DNA of 64,000 nucleotides from Minisyncoccota bacterium (lineage in GTDB: Bacteria; Patescibacteriota; Minisyncoccia; Phycocordibacterales; SBAW01): contig DASZWM010000003.1 of assembly GCA_035546615.1 (NCBI GenBank), positions 32,001-96,000 on the forward strand. Direction: 5' to 3'. This document shows, in pieces, positions 18,696 through 26,808 of this stretch. The notes under the pieces were generated by a model. That model did not search any database. It saw only the letters and a program-made list of their open reading frames with translations, and was not told the origin of the DNA. The position numbers were made by a program, and so were the translations under genes. Each line of letters opens with the position of its first letter. Within the stretch, counting starts at the first letter, position 1.

Positions 18696-19403
18696 CTACT
18701 CGAGCGTTATCGAGTTTATGACCATCGGCTCGACCGGACGGTCGCCCGGGCCCGTCGGCGCGCTTTCTATGGCCTTAACCACGTCCATGCCCGCGGTCAC
18801 CTTGCCGAAGGTGGTGTGCTTGTCGTCCAGGAAGTTGTTGGCCGCGGTATTGATGAAGAATTGCGAGCCGTTTGTATTAGGGCCGGCGTTGGCCATGGAG
18901 ATGGTGCCGATGTCGTTATGGTTGTTCGCGCGTATCTCATCGGCAAACTGGTAACCCGGGCCGCCGGTGCCCCAGCGCGCCGCCTGGCTGTCGTCCTTGG
19001 AAAGCGGGTCGCCGCCCTGGATCATAAAGCCCGGAATGACGCGGTGGAACTTGGTGCCGTTGTAAAAGCCCTCCCCCGCGAGCTTCGTGAAGTTGGCGAC
19101 GGTGTTGGGCGCGTCGGCGCTGAAGAACTCTATCGTAATGTCCCCCTTATTGGTGTGGAGTAGCGCGTGCATGACTGTGTGTGGATTAGCGCTGCTGGTA
19201 ACGTCTTGTGTCTGCTGTATCGCCTCGGGCGAGAGCTCCTGCGGCACTCCGCCCTGTCCGGTAGGCGGGGCGCTCGGGGCGCCTGTTGTCGAGTACGCGT
19301 CGGCCGCGGATGCGGGGGGCGCGGGCGGCCGGTTCATAAAGTACCAGCCCCCGAGGGCCATGACTAGCAGGAGCGGAAAAATGGTCAGTACCGTCTTATC
19401 CAT
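18696..19403 (-). CDS. ppiB: Peptidyl-prolyl cis-trans isomerase, cyclophilin type, membrane-anchored
   Basis: Cyclophilin motifs (FHRVIPGFMIQGGD, SMANAGPNTNGSQFFI) follow an N-terminal GGWYF anchor. Confidence 0.9.
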   Translation of the reverse strand: MDKTVLTIFPLLLVMALGGWYFMNRPPAPPASAADAYSTTGAPSAPPTGQGGVPQELSPEAIQQTQDVTSSANPHTVMHALLHTNKGDITIEFFSADAPNTVANFTKLAGEGFYNGTKFHRVIPGFMIQGGDPLSKDDSQAARWGTGGPGYQFADEIRANNHNDIGTISMANAGPNTNGSQFFINTAANNFLDDKHTTFGKVTAGMDVVKAIESAPTGPGDRPVEPMVINSITLE

Positions 19404-19656
19404 GCTTCTTCTTTCCCTTCTTTACTAACGCGAGCTTCTCCGTGCGGGAAAGCTGCTTGAGCCGGTACTCCTCGCGGGAGGCCACTGAGCGGTCGGCGAA
19501 CGGCTCGCTGTAGGACAGCCTGACCGGCCGGCGCGTGCGCGTGTATTTTGCGCCGAGGTCCGAGGAGTTGTGCTCGCTCATGCGGCGCTCAAGATCGGTC
19601 GCGATGCCGGTGTAGAGCGTGCCGTCAGCGCAGGTGACTATATACACGTGGTACAT
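19396..19656 (-). CDS. GIY-YIG nuclease superfamily protein (YhbQ/UPF0213-like)
   Basis: YHVYIVTCADGTLYTGIATDLERRMSEHN is a GIY-YIG signature. Confidence 0.85.
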   Translation of the reverse strand: MYHVYIVTCADGTLYTGIATDLERRMSEHNSSDLGAKYTRTRRPVRLSYSEPFADRSVASREEYRLKQLSRTEKLALVKKGKKKHG

Positions 19657-19661
19657 GGCGC

Positions 19662-19988
19662 CTAGGCGTGGTGGTGGTCGTGGCCGTGATTATGGTCATG
19701 CCCGTGCCCTCCGGAATTCTTGGAGAACAGGTCGCGCCAGTGGAGTTTCGCCACGAAGAAGAGGTAGATAAGCTCGAGGATGCCGAGCGTGTTGATGACG
19801 AGAAGGATGATAAACCACCAGTACTCGCCGCGCCGCGCCGAATGCCACAAGGCGAGCCCCTTGCCGATAATAGACCAGACGACGAACAAAAGCGCGAACG
19901 GCGCGAGCACCAGGAGCACGGCCGGAACCCAAAACGGCATATTGATAAACCAAGCGTTGTCCATACCCGCCCAATGATTCATATACAT
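19662..19988 (-). CDS. Membrane protein with C-terminal His-rich tail
   Basis: Two or three TM helices, ending GGHGHDHNHGHDHHHA. Confidence 0.5.
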   Translation of the reverse strand: MYMNHWAGMDNAWFINMPFWVPAVLLVLAPFALLFVVWSIIGKGLALWHSARRGEYWWFIILLVINTLGILELIYLFFVAKLHWRDLFSKNSGGHGHDHNHGHDHHHA

Positions 19989-20054
19989 GCCCTAAGTATA
20001 CTCCAAACGGCTGTATACTTAATAGTGGGCGATATATCAGTAACCTAAGGCAAT

Positions 20055-20213
20055 ATGAACAATTCAAGCAACGTAAATACGATCCTCATAGTGGTGGTGC
20101 TGGTGCTCTTGGTGGGCGGCGGCGTGTGGTGGTACAAGACCTACGGCCCGGGTGCCGCGCCCAAGGACGGCGGAGGCCTTAACATCCAGATAGGCGGCGA
20201 CAGCAGCCAGTAA
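20055..20213 (+). CDS. Small membrane-anchored protein (52 aa, GGGVWWY anchor)
   Basis: Not in the ORF track (below its size cutoff). An ATG with a TM helix plus the GG-WWY motif, followed by a terminator. Confidence 0.4.
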   Translation: MNNSSNVNTILIVVVLVLLVGGGVWWYKTYGPGAAPKDGGGLNIQIGGDSSQ

Positions 20214-20227
20214 TTTTTTGGTACAGC

Positions 20228-20262
20228 GCAAAACCGCGCGGCCTTTGAGGCCGCGCGGTTTT
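20228..20262. terminator. Bidirectional rho-independent terminator
   Basis: AAAACCGCGCGGCC-TTTGA-GGCCGCGCGGTTTTTGC, a perfect 12-bp stem with flanking A- and T-runs. Confidence 0.65.
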
Positions 20263-20288
20263 TGCTTTGCTTTCCTGTGCCGCTTGGA

Positions 20289-20828
20289 TTACGGCTTGAT
20301 GACGAACCACACGCCTCCGTTGCCCTGGCCCGAAGCCTTTCCGGCTACGGTGTCCTTGGAGTAGAAGTACAAGGGCTTGCCATTGTACGTCACCTGGAGC
20401 GAGTTATCCGCGCGGCGGATAGTGCCTACGGTGCCGCTTACGTTGTCCGGAGCCTTGATGCTCGCGGAAGAGGAAACGGTGAACGGCGGCCACGTGTCTG
20501 CGCACGAGCCGGTGCAGTTGGAGACGCCGGTCGCGTCGCCGTCGTAGGTGTAGACGGCCATGCCGTTGTTGGCGGTCAGGAACTGGCCGAGCGTCGCGTC
20601 CGCGGTAATGGCCAGGACGTTCGTCTGGGTCGGGTTAGTGTTGCCCGCCGGAACGGTGCCGCCGGTATTCGGCTGGCCCGCTACGCCCTGATCATTGGTG
20701 CCGTTGTCGCCGGCCGTATCGGCAGCCGGAGTGCCCGGAAGCGCCATTTGTCCTGACGACCAGTACCAGTACGCTCCGCCGACCACGAGAAGCGCGGCGA
20801 CGACTGCGATAACAGTAGATGTTTTCAT
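20289..20828 (-). CDS. Exported protein, COG4315-like (YxWxxD-type secreted repeat)
   Basis: GG-YWYW anchor, then YTYDGD...CTGSCADTWPPF...TYNGKPLYFYSKD..GQG.GGVW motifs. Confidence 0.55.
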   Translation of the reverse strand: MKTSTVIAVVAALLVVGGAYWYWSSGQMALPGTPAADTAGDNGTNDQGVAGQPNTGGTVPAGNTNPTQTNVLAITADATLGQFLTANNGMAVYTYDGDATGVSNCTGSCADTWPPFTVSSSASIKAPDNVSGTVGTIRRADNSLQVTYNGKPLYFYSKDTVAGKASGQGNGGVWFVIKP

Positions 20829-20902
20829 AGAGTTAGTTATGAGTATGAAGCATTAATATTAATACTTCATTAGTATAGCAAATTAAGGCCTTTTTAGGGC
20901 GC

Positions 20903-21193
20903 CTACATCAGCTTCTTCACCTGGGACGCTATCTCGGACTCGATGCGGCCCTCGAATATCCGCCACATGAGCGGGAGCTTGGCGTCGAGCACGTAATCGG
21001 CATCGGTCACTTCCAGCTTGCCTGATATAGGTTTTCCCTGGAGCTCGACCCCGAAATGGAGCGTGTTCCCCTCCCACCGTTCTTCGGTTATTTTTGCCTG
21101 GCCGGCGATCTTCGAGCGGCCCTGCTCGATTCCGTCCTTCACCTTTTCTACAGCTTTGGACTGCGTCGTCTTGTGCGGAATGACTATATGCAT
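20903..21193 (-). CDS. Polyhydroxyalkanoate-system-like small protein (TIGR02610-like)
   Basis: 96 aa. The pattern resembles the PHA granule region family from memory. Low certainty. Confidence 0.35.
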   Translation of the reverse strand: MHIVIPHKTTQSKAVEKVKDGIEQGRSKIAGQAKITEERWEGNTLHFGVELQGKPISGKLEVTDADYVLDAKLPLMWRIFEGRIESEIASQVKKLM

Positions 21194-21242
21194 AGGCTCC
21201 TATTATACATATCCGGTACTTTCGAAACTAGAAGCCTGGCTC

Positions 21243-21524
21243 TTATTTTAGCTTTTTGCAAAAAGCTAAAATACTTTCGGCGCGGGGCGTGAGGGTATGG
21301 CGTACGTTCATCCCGTCGCTGCGCTTGTAGAGGAGCCCGGCGATAGCCATCTTGCGCAGATGGTCGGAAGCGTTCATATATCCCATCCCCAGCTTTTCCG
21401 CTATCCCCTCGATCGAGAGGCCCGGGGTCTGCTTGAGCAGATCCAATACCTGAAGGCGCCTATAGCTGGCAAAGCCTTTCACTATCCGCTCAAGCCGGCG
21501 ATATTCGCCCTGGTCTTTCGGCAT
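21243..21524 (-). CDS. ArsR/SmtB family transcriptional regulator
   Basis: HTH RLQVLDLLKQTPGLSIEGIAEKLGMGYMNASDHLRKM. The track start at 21560 is TTG; an ATG lies at 21524. Confidence 0.8.
   Translation of the reverse strand: MPKDQGEYRRLERIVKGFASYRRLQVLDLLKQTPGLSIEGIAEKLGMGYMNASDHLRKMAIAGLLYKRSDGMNVRHTLTPRAESILAFCKKLK
21246..21271. repeat. 26-bp perfect palindrome TTTTAGCTTTTTGCAAAAAGCTAAAA (copy 1 of 3) overlapping arsR stop
   Basis: Seen directly. Related copies lie at about 21551-21565 and 21609-21634. Confidence 0.8.
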
Positions 21525-21550
21525 GGCGAAGACTATATACGGTGTTTTAC

Positions 21551-21565
21551 GTTTTTGCAAAAAGC
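21551..21565. promoter_or_regulatory. Palindrome copy 2 (GTTTTTGCAAAAAGC) about 30 nt upstream of arsR ATG; candidate operator
   Basis: Seen directly. Confidence 0.5.
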
Positions 21566-21608
21566 TTTGATAAAAGGGCGGGGCGGGCGGGAACGAAAGG
21601 CTTTATCA

Positions 21609-21634
21609 CGGCTTTTTGCAAAAAGCTAAAATAA
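21609..21634. repeat. Palindrome copy 3 (GGCTTTTTGCAAAAAGCTAAAATA)
   Basis: Seen directly. Confidence 0.7.
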
Positions 21635-21647
21635 AAGAAATACATAA

Positions 21648-21671
21648 GGGAGGGAGGGAGGGAGGGAGGGA
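21648..21671 (+). repeat. (GGGA)x6 microsatellite / G-quadruplex-forming motif
   Basis: Seen directly. G3-N1 repeated six times. Confidence 0.9.
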
Positions 21672-21694
21672 GCCTTTACCTTTTTGCTTTTATT

Positions 21695-22105
21695 TTATCT
21701 GATGCGGATCCGGCGGAGGGCTTTGCGGGCTTTTTTGTAGTCCGGAATGGTCTCTTCGACCAGGGCCCAGAAGGCGGGGCTGTGGTTCATTTCCTTCAGG
21801 TGGCACAGCTCGTGGGTTACGACATATTCGGCCAGGCGCGGCGGCAAGAAAAGGAGGCGGTAGTTGAAGTTGAGGTTGCCGTGCTCCGAGCAGCTCCCCC
21901 ACCGCGAACGGCTGTTCTTTATGAATACCCGGCGCACGGCGTAGTCGTAGTGCGCGTTGAGGCGCGCGATGAGCGCATGGACAAGCGCGCGAGCCTCTTC
22001 CTTATACAGCTGGAACTTCCGCGAACTAGCCGCCGAAGCCGGGCGTCGTCTCCGTACCCGCCGCCGATATACGATTTTGTATCCAAACACCGAGGTATTG
22101 TACAA
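21695..22105 (-). CDS. YgjP-like metal-dependent hydrolase (DUF45/M48-like, HExxH)
   Basis: WGSCSEHGNLNFNYRLLFLPPRLAEYVVTHELCHLKEMNHSPAFW. TTG start, Arg-rich N-terminus. This is the last GC-rich gene before the island. Confidence 0.6.
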   Translation of the reverse strand: MYNTSVFGYKIVYRRRVRRRRPASAASSRKFQLYKEEARALVHALIARLNAHYDYAVRRVFIKNSRSRWGSCSEHGNLNFNYRLLFLPPRLAEYVVTHELCHLKEMNHSPAFWALVEETIPDYKKARKALRRIRIR

Positions 22106-22141
22106 CCTTACTTAATGGCAGGCTCAGATATAGATTTATAA

Positions 22142-22540
22142 CTACAAAATTGAGATAACTTTCTTAACGACGGAGTCTGAAGCACTCTTGAGTCGATGTT
22201 CCCATATTCTTAATACCTTCCAATTCATACTTTTTAATTGTTTATTAACCAATCTATCTCTTTTCTTATTTCTTTCTATTTTGTTAGTCCAATATGCGCG
22301 ATTTGTCTTTGGAACTCTACAGTGAGTCTTACATCCGTGCCAAAAACAAGAGTCAATGAAAATTGCTGTCTTAGAAACAGAAAAAACAATATCAGGTCTG
22401 CCTGGCAATTTTGCCACATGAGTTGTAAACTTTAGTTTACTTTTTTTCAGTTGCTTCTGAAAAGATTTTTCTATACCTGAATTTCTACTCTTAATGAGAC
22501 GCATTATTTCGCTGCGTCTTCCAGAAGATACATTGTCCAT
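22142..22540 (-). CDS. vsr: Very short patch repair endonuclease Vsr
   Basis: FIDSCFWHGC...P.TN..YW..KI..N..RD motifs. Confidence 0.9.
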   Translation of the reverse strand: MDNVSSGRRSEIMRLIKSRNSGIEKSFQKQLKKSKLKFTTHVAKLPGRPDIVFSVSKTAIFIDSCFWHGCKTHCRVPKTNRAYWTNKIERNKKRDRLVNKQLKSMNWKVLRIWEHRLKSASDSVVKKVISIL

Positions 22541-22544
22541 GCCT

Positions 22545-23612
22545 TTATTCTTCTATATCCCAACCTGTTGGAAGTGTGATTTTGGTATAGGCTCTTTCTT
22601 TGATAAAAGGGACAATCTCTGCGCTCGAAGGAAACTCTGCGTCAAATTCTCTCGTTAAATCACTTAACAAAGTGCCAGCAAGTCGTTCTCTATATTCTTT
22701 ACTGAGGCAAAGAGTATACCAGTCATGCAAATCTTTAAGAGTAATTATTCCTTGCACACGCTCAATAATCCCGAGCTGTTGTAGCAGGGCCTCAATAGGT
22801 TTCTTTTCTGCGTCTCGACAAACAATTACAATCCTGTCCGCTTCGATTCCCTCGACAATTCCTTCGGTTACTTCAGGAGTAAGTGTAAGGTGTTTTACCT
22901 GGATAGCTGTTCCAAAATTTGCCCACATATCTAATCCCCTATCCGCCGCATTCGTTACGCCAACTCTAAAAAGGGCTGCGGGCATAGCTACTTGAGTCTT
23001 TCTGGCATCTATGCCTAAAACCATTTTTATAAAACCTTCAAAATCAGTAAGTATTTCTTTGTCTTCATTTTTAATCGAAAGGGTGATTTCCGCTTTTAAT
23101 GCTCGTACAATAGCGGAAAAAAGAGCATGCACTGCTATTTCATATATTTTATCTGTGCTTCGTCTCAAGCCAGGACTTGATGTAAAAAGTTCCACTAATT
23201 CCATTATGGAAAAAGTGTCCACTGTTGACTGTTCGATATAGTCTCTTACCCGATGAACAGATAGTAACTTATTTTGTAAAGCTTTATAAATATAAGCCTC
23301 TACTCCGCCCTTACTTGTTGTATTTATTTTTCCTAACACTGCCAATAGTTGGGGCGGCATAGCATTAGGCTCAAAGATATTATCTTGGTACTTTGCGCTA
23401 GAAGTACTGCTCCTCCCAACAAGTAAGGTGGAGACTTCATCTCTCCAACGTTTAGAGACAGAGCGATAACTTTCTAGATCAGTTAGTTCTAGCTTTTTCT
23501 TAGTTCTATGATAGAAAAGTATCTCCGCTATCTGTATAGGTTTATAGAAGTGCACTCTGGCCTTCTTTATAACTGAATCCAGAGCCGCTTTTGCTTCTTC
23601 AGCCATTGACAT
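22545..23612 (-). CDS. Putative type II restriction endonuclease (family unassigned)
   Basis: The 355-aa ORF lies between the C5-MTase and vsr and overlaps the MTase stop by 14 nt. No family was identified by eye. Confidence 0.5.
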   Translation of the reverse strand: MSMAEEAKAALDSVIKKARVHFYKPIQIAEILFYHRTKKKLELTDLESYRSVSKRWRDEVSTLLVGRSSTSSAKYQDNIFEPNAMPPQLLAVLGKINTTSKGGVEAYIYKALQNKLLSVHRVRDYIEQSTVDTFSIMELVELFTSSPGLRRSTDKIYEIAVHALFSAIVRALKAEITLSIKNEDKEILTDFEGFIKMVLGIDARKTQVAMPAALFRVGVTNAADRGLDMWANFGTAIQVKHLTLTPEVTEGIVEGIEADRIVIVCRDAEKKPIEALLQQLGIIERVQGIITLKDLHDWYTLCLSKEYRERLAGTLLSDLTREFDAEFPSSAEIVPFIKERAYTKITLPTGWDIEE

Positions 23613-24621
23613 ACGCCCGTTCTACCATATTTATGTCTTTTCCGCTAAACAATTCAGTTTGTTCAATAAAAGGAACCGGGTCTTTCGACATTGCTTCAAC
23701 CATTGCGTGGGCCACTGCTTCCATCTGAGGAACCACTACAGCATTACCAGCTTGCTTCCGGATTTGCTGGTCAGCAACAACAAATTTATATGAATCGGGA
23801 AAACCCTGTAATCTAAACATCTCTCTAGGAGTCAGTCTTCTTTCTCCATTTACAATAAGATAGTTATATGAACCATTAGCCCTAAGAGCGCATGAATAAG
23901 CATTCACGCCTAGGTTTCCAGACTTATTTTCGTGCAAGATTAACGGACGAGAATGAAGTTCTTTGTGTTGTTCTTTTAATTGTCTCTGGACTTTCTGCAA
24001 CATATAATCGCTAAGAAAGTGTTTTTTATCGACCTCATTATCAGGCTCAAGGATGTCTTCAAGAGTTTTCTTTTTTCCCCTCCCTTTGGTAGGAAATTCA
24101 AAAGGGTAGTTTTCTCTAAAACCTACAATCATTATTCGCTCTCTCTTTTGCGGAACGCCAAAATCTAGACCATTTAAAACTTTAAAGTGCACAAAATAAC
24201 CTAGTTTTCTTAAACTATTTAGAATTACTGAAAACGTCCTTCCTTGATCATGATTGGTAAGTTGTTTTACATTTTCCAAAAATAGAGCTTTTGGTTTCTT
24301 TGCCTTTAGAATTCTCTCAACATCAAAAAACAACGTGCCTCTTGTTTCAGAGAAACCTTTCATATTCCCCATGATGCTAAAAGCTTGGCATGGAAAACCG
24401 CCTGTCAAAATATCATGGTCAGGCACATCTTTTGCAACTATTTTCGTTATATCTCCATCTGGCTGGTCGCCGAAATGATTCTTATACATCTTCTGCGCAG
24501 CTTCATCCCATTCTGATGTAAAAACACATTTACCTCCTGCCGCTTCAAAACCAAGTCTAATGCCTCCAATTCCTGCAAAGAGATCGATAAAAGTAAATTT
24601 ATTCTTATTCGTTGGAGCCAT
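23599..24621 (-). CDS. dcm: DNA (cytosine-5)-methyltransferase
   Basis: Motif I FIDLFAGIGG, motif IV GGFPCQAFS, motif VI ENV, motif VIII QRRERI-like. Confidence 0.95.
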   Translation of the reverse strand: MAPTNKNKFTFIDLFAGIGGIRLGFEAAGGKCVFTSEWDEAAQKMYKNHFGDQPDGDITKIVAKDVPDHDILTGGFPCQAFSIMGNMKGFSETRGTLFFDVERILKAKKPKALFLENVKQLTNHDQGRTFSVILNSLRKLGYFVHFKVLNGLDFGVPQKRERIMIVGFRENYPFEFPTKGRGKKKTLEDILEPDNEVDKKHFLSDYMLQKVQRQLKEQHKELHSRPLILHENKSGNLGVNAYSCALRANGSYNYLIVNGERRLTPREMFRLQGFPDSYKFVVADQQIRKQAGNAVVVPQMEAVAHAMVEAMSKDPVPFIEQTELFSGKDINMVERAYVNG

Positions 24622-24851
24622 AGAGCAATATATTTTAACACCTATTTTAAGCTTGCTATATTTTTAATAATAGCACTGAAATCTATATTTATACACAATA
24701 TACACAAGTCTTGGGGATAACTTTAGTGAGGGCCGTTTTTGGTCCAGGATAGCCGTATCCGCCAGCCGATAAAAATAGAGTAAGGGGGTAAAGATCAGCA
24801 ATCGTGGGATGAGCGTGTCTAATAGTCACCTAAGGATTTATAGCCATAAGG

Positions 24852-25193
24852 CTATTGTGGCAAACCCTTAATTTTGTTTCTGAAGAAATTAAATCGCATC
24901 TTAGCATAGTCCCAAAGAAAAGAGCAGAACGACTTATTTGGATGTCTTTTTATTTCACGCAAGTTCTCGAAAGCATAATTAAGTATATCTATAAATAATA
25001 ACCCTGGTACAACACCCAATGCGAATATATACCAATCAGAAAAACGTGTTTTTAACAAACTGTAAGTCGCATTTACTGCAATTCCAAGAACTACCGCAAG
25101 CGTCGCACCGAGTATCACAAATGCCCACTGTATTTGTAGACTTCTTTCCTCTTGTAAATCACCCTTGTTCATGGCGAATATATCTAATAACAA
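24852..25193 (-). CDS. Small two-TM membrane protein (candidate effector of the Ubl/E1 module)
   Basis: Two hydrophobic helices (WAFVILGATLAVVLGIAV; WYIFALGVVPGLLFIDIL). TTG at 25193 or ATG at 25172. It lies 8 nt after the upstream stop. Confidence 0.5.
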   Translation of the reverse strand: MLLDIFAMNKGDLQEERSLQIQWAFVILGATLAVVLGIAVNATYSLLKTRFSDWYIFALGVVPGLLFIDILNYAFENLREIKRHPNKSFCSFLWDYAKMRFNFFRNKIKGLPQ

Positions 25194-25201
25194 GTAAAAA
25201 A

Positions 25202-25612
25202 TTATTCGAAGAAGCTACGCAATTGGACTAATATCCAGTTTCCAAATCGTCGCCACCATGACAGGGAGGAATGAATAAAGTATGCATCCTTGATGGTATC
25301 GTCATATTCTCGCCCGTGGCGTATCTGTTCTCGAGTCATCTTCGACGCCCAAATCACTTGATTTTCAATAATCCAATAATGTGACTGACAAGGATGATTC
25401 CAGTTTCCTATTGAAGGACGTAGCGAGACCACCCCCTGCCAATCAACTAGCGTATATTCGGTCTTACGGAGAGGGGTAACGATTTTAGTGCCACAACTGC
25501 AACAGCACAAATGGCTCGCGGTTCCGAAACGTCGTGAGATATATAGAACACCACTCTCAAGCTCTCTTGGTATGAACTCAACATATTCAGGACGCACCAA
25601 CTCTGTCTTCAT
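25202..25612 (-). CDS. Cys-rich Zn-ribbon-like protein (DUF6527-like, recalled)
   Basis: HLCCCSCGTK...NHPCQSH cluster. The ATG at 25612 overlaps the E1-like gene stop (ATGA-type coupling). Confidence 0.5.
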   Translation of the reverse strand: MKTELVRPEYVEFIPRELESGVLYISRRFGTASHLCCCSCGTKIVTPLRKTEYTLVDWQGVVSLRPSIGNWNHPCQSHYWIIENQVIWASKMTREQIRHGREYDDTIKDAYFIHSSLSWWRRFGNWILVQLRSFFE

Positions 25613-26808
25613 ATACAATCCTCTTTTGTAAGGGCGTGGGTCGCAATCGTGTACAGCGAATGACGTTCTCGCACATCATCAGCATAAAAACCACACAATT
25701 GCTTCCATTTTCCCACAGCCATGGCAGCATTTAGCATATTTAGGTCCGCAACCTGCATATTACGGTACACCGCCTCGGCCGGCACTTTTGCAAATGAAAC
25801 AACTTCCGCAATATGTCCATGATGGTCGGGTGTTCCAACTGTAAAGCGACACTGTCCGCGCAGAGACGCCTGATTATCGAGTGCCAAGTCTATTCCAACG
25901 TCTATGAACGGCACACCAAGAGCAATAAGGCCATTAAGTATGTTCTTCCGGCTCTCTCCGTCGTCGATAGCAACAAACACGAAGTCGAACCCGGACAGCT
26001 CGTGGAGATGCGCGTCCTGGACATAGTAGGGATGACGCTTCAAGCCCTTGTGTATACGTTCGTATATACCACTGAACCAATCCACTTTTAGTGGATTGTT
26101 AAGCTCCTGCTTCATCGGAGCACCCGGTGCTCTAAACGCGTTGTGGAGTTCGAACGTATCCCCATCGAAAATGTGGATTTCTTTCACCGGCGTCTTAGCA
26201 ACAAGGTCGAGAATATACGAACCAGTACCACCTAGTCCTATAATCGCCACCCGACTTGCAAGGAGTTTCGCCGTGGCCGCTCCAATACCAGCACGGGTTG
26301 TTGCCATATCAGGATAATGGAATGCGAGTTCCTGAGCTTCGACTACCGCCGGTACTGGTTTTTCACTTCGTGGATCGCAAGTCCGATCAATTGCTTGAGC
26401 TTCGTGCCAAATCAGACGAACATATGTCCAGATTTTTTCGTAGTAGTCGGCATACTTGCGCTTATCAGCGTGCACACGCGAGAAGGCGACAGTCGTCTTA
26501 ATCCCATCGCCCTTATCCTCCTCAGCGTTGTTCGAAATCATCTCCGTCATTAGTTGACCATCCGCGTTGTGCGGGGGTTCTCCAATCCACCAACACTGAT
26601 GGTTGGAACATGGATTCACTGTCTTTCCGGCCGCATCAATTTCAAGTGGGCAATAGAGAATTCCAGGCACTATTTTGCCTTCAGAGGTAACAGCAGGAAT
26701 TCCCTCAATTAAAAGATGAGAGGCAGTCCCTTGAATGACCCGGAGACGAAAACCTTCCGCCTCCAACTTTGCCAAATCGGCATTATGACTTATCCGTATT
26801 TCTGACAT
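25609..26808 (-). CDS. E1-like ThiF/MoeB-fold enzyme with ~165-aa N-terminal domain of unknown fold
   Basis: VAIIGLGGTGSYILDLVAKTPVKEIHIFDGDTFELHNAFR is a ThiF nucleotide-binding motif. The N-terminal domain has conserved-looking C/H residues (YCPLE, NPCSNHQCWW, PPHN). Confidence 0.8.
   Translation of the reverse strand: MSEIRISHNADLAKLEAEGFRLRVIQGTASHLLIEGIPAVTSEGKIVPGILYCPLEIDAAGKTVNPCSNHQCWWIGEPPHNADGQLMTEMISNNAEEDKGDGIKTTVAFSRVHADKRKYADYYEKIWTYVRLIWHEAQAIDRTCDPRSEKPVPAVVEAQELAFHYPDMATTRAGIGAATAKLLASRVAIIGLGGTGSYILDLVAKTPVKEIHIFDGDTFELHNAFRAPGAPMKQELNNPLKVDWFSGIYERIHKGLKRHPYYVQDAHLHELSGFDFVFVAIDDGESRKNILNGLIALGVPFIDVGIDLALDNQASLRGQCRFTVGTPDHHGHIAEVVSFAKVPAEAVYRNMQVADLNMLNAAMAVGKWKQLCGFYADDVRERHSLYTIATHALTKEDCI

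Noticed and set aside
21695-22105. Possible truncation of the YgjP-like gene by island insertion
   Set aside because: At 136 aa it is consistent with full-length YgjP-type proteins (roughly 160-170 aa) and includes the complete HExxH core. There is no evidence of disruption.
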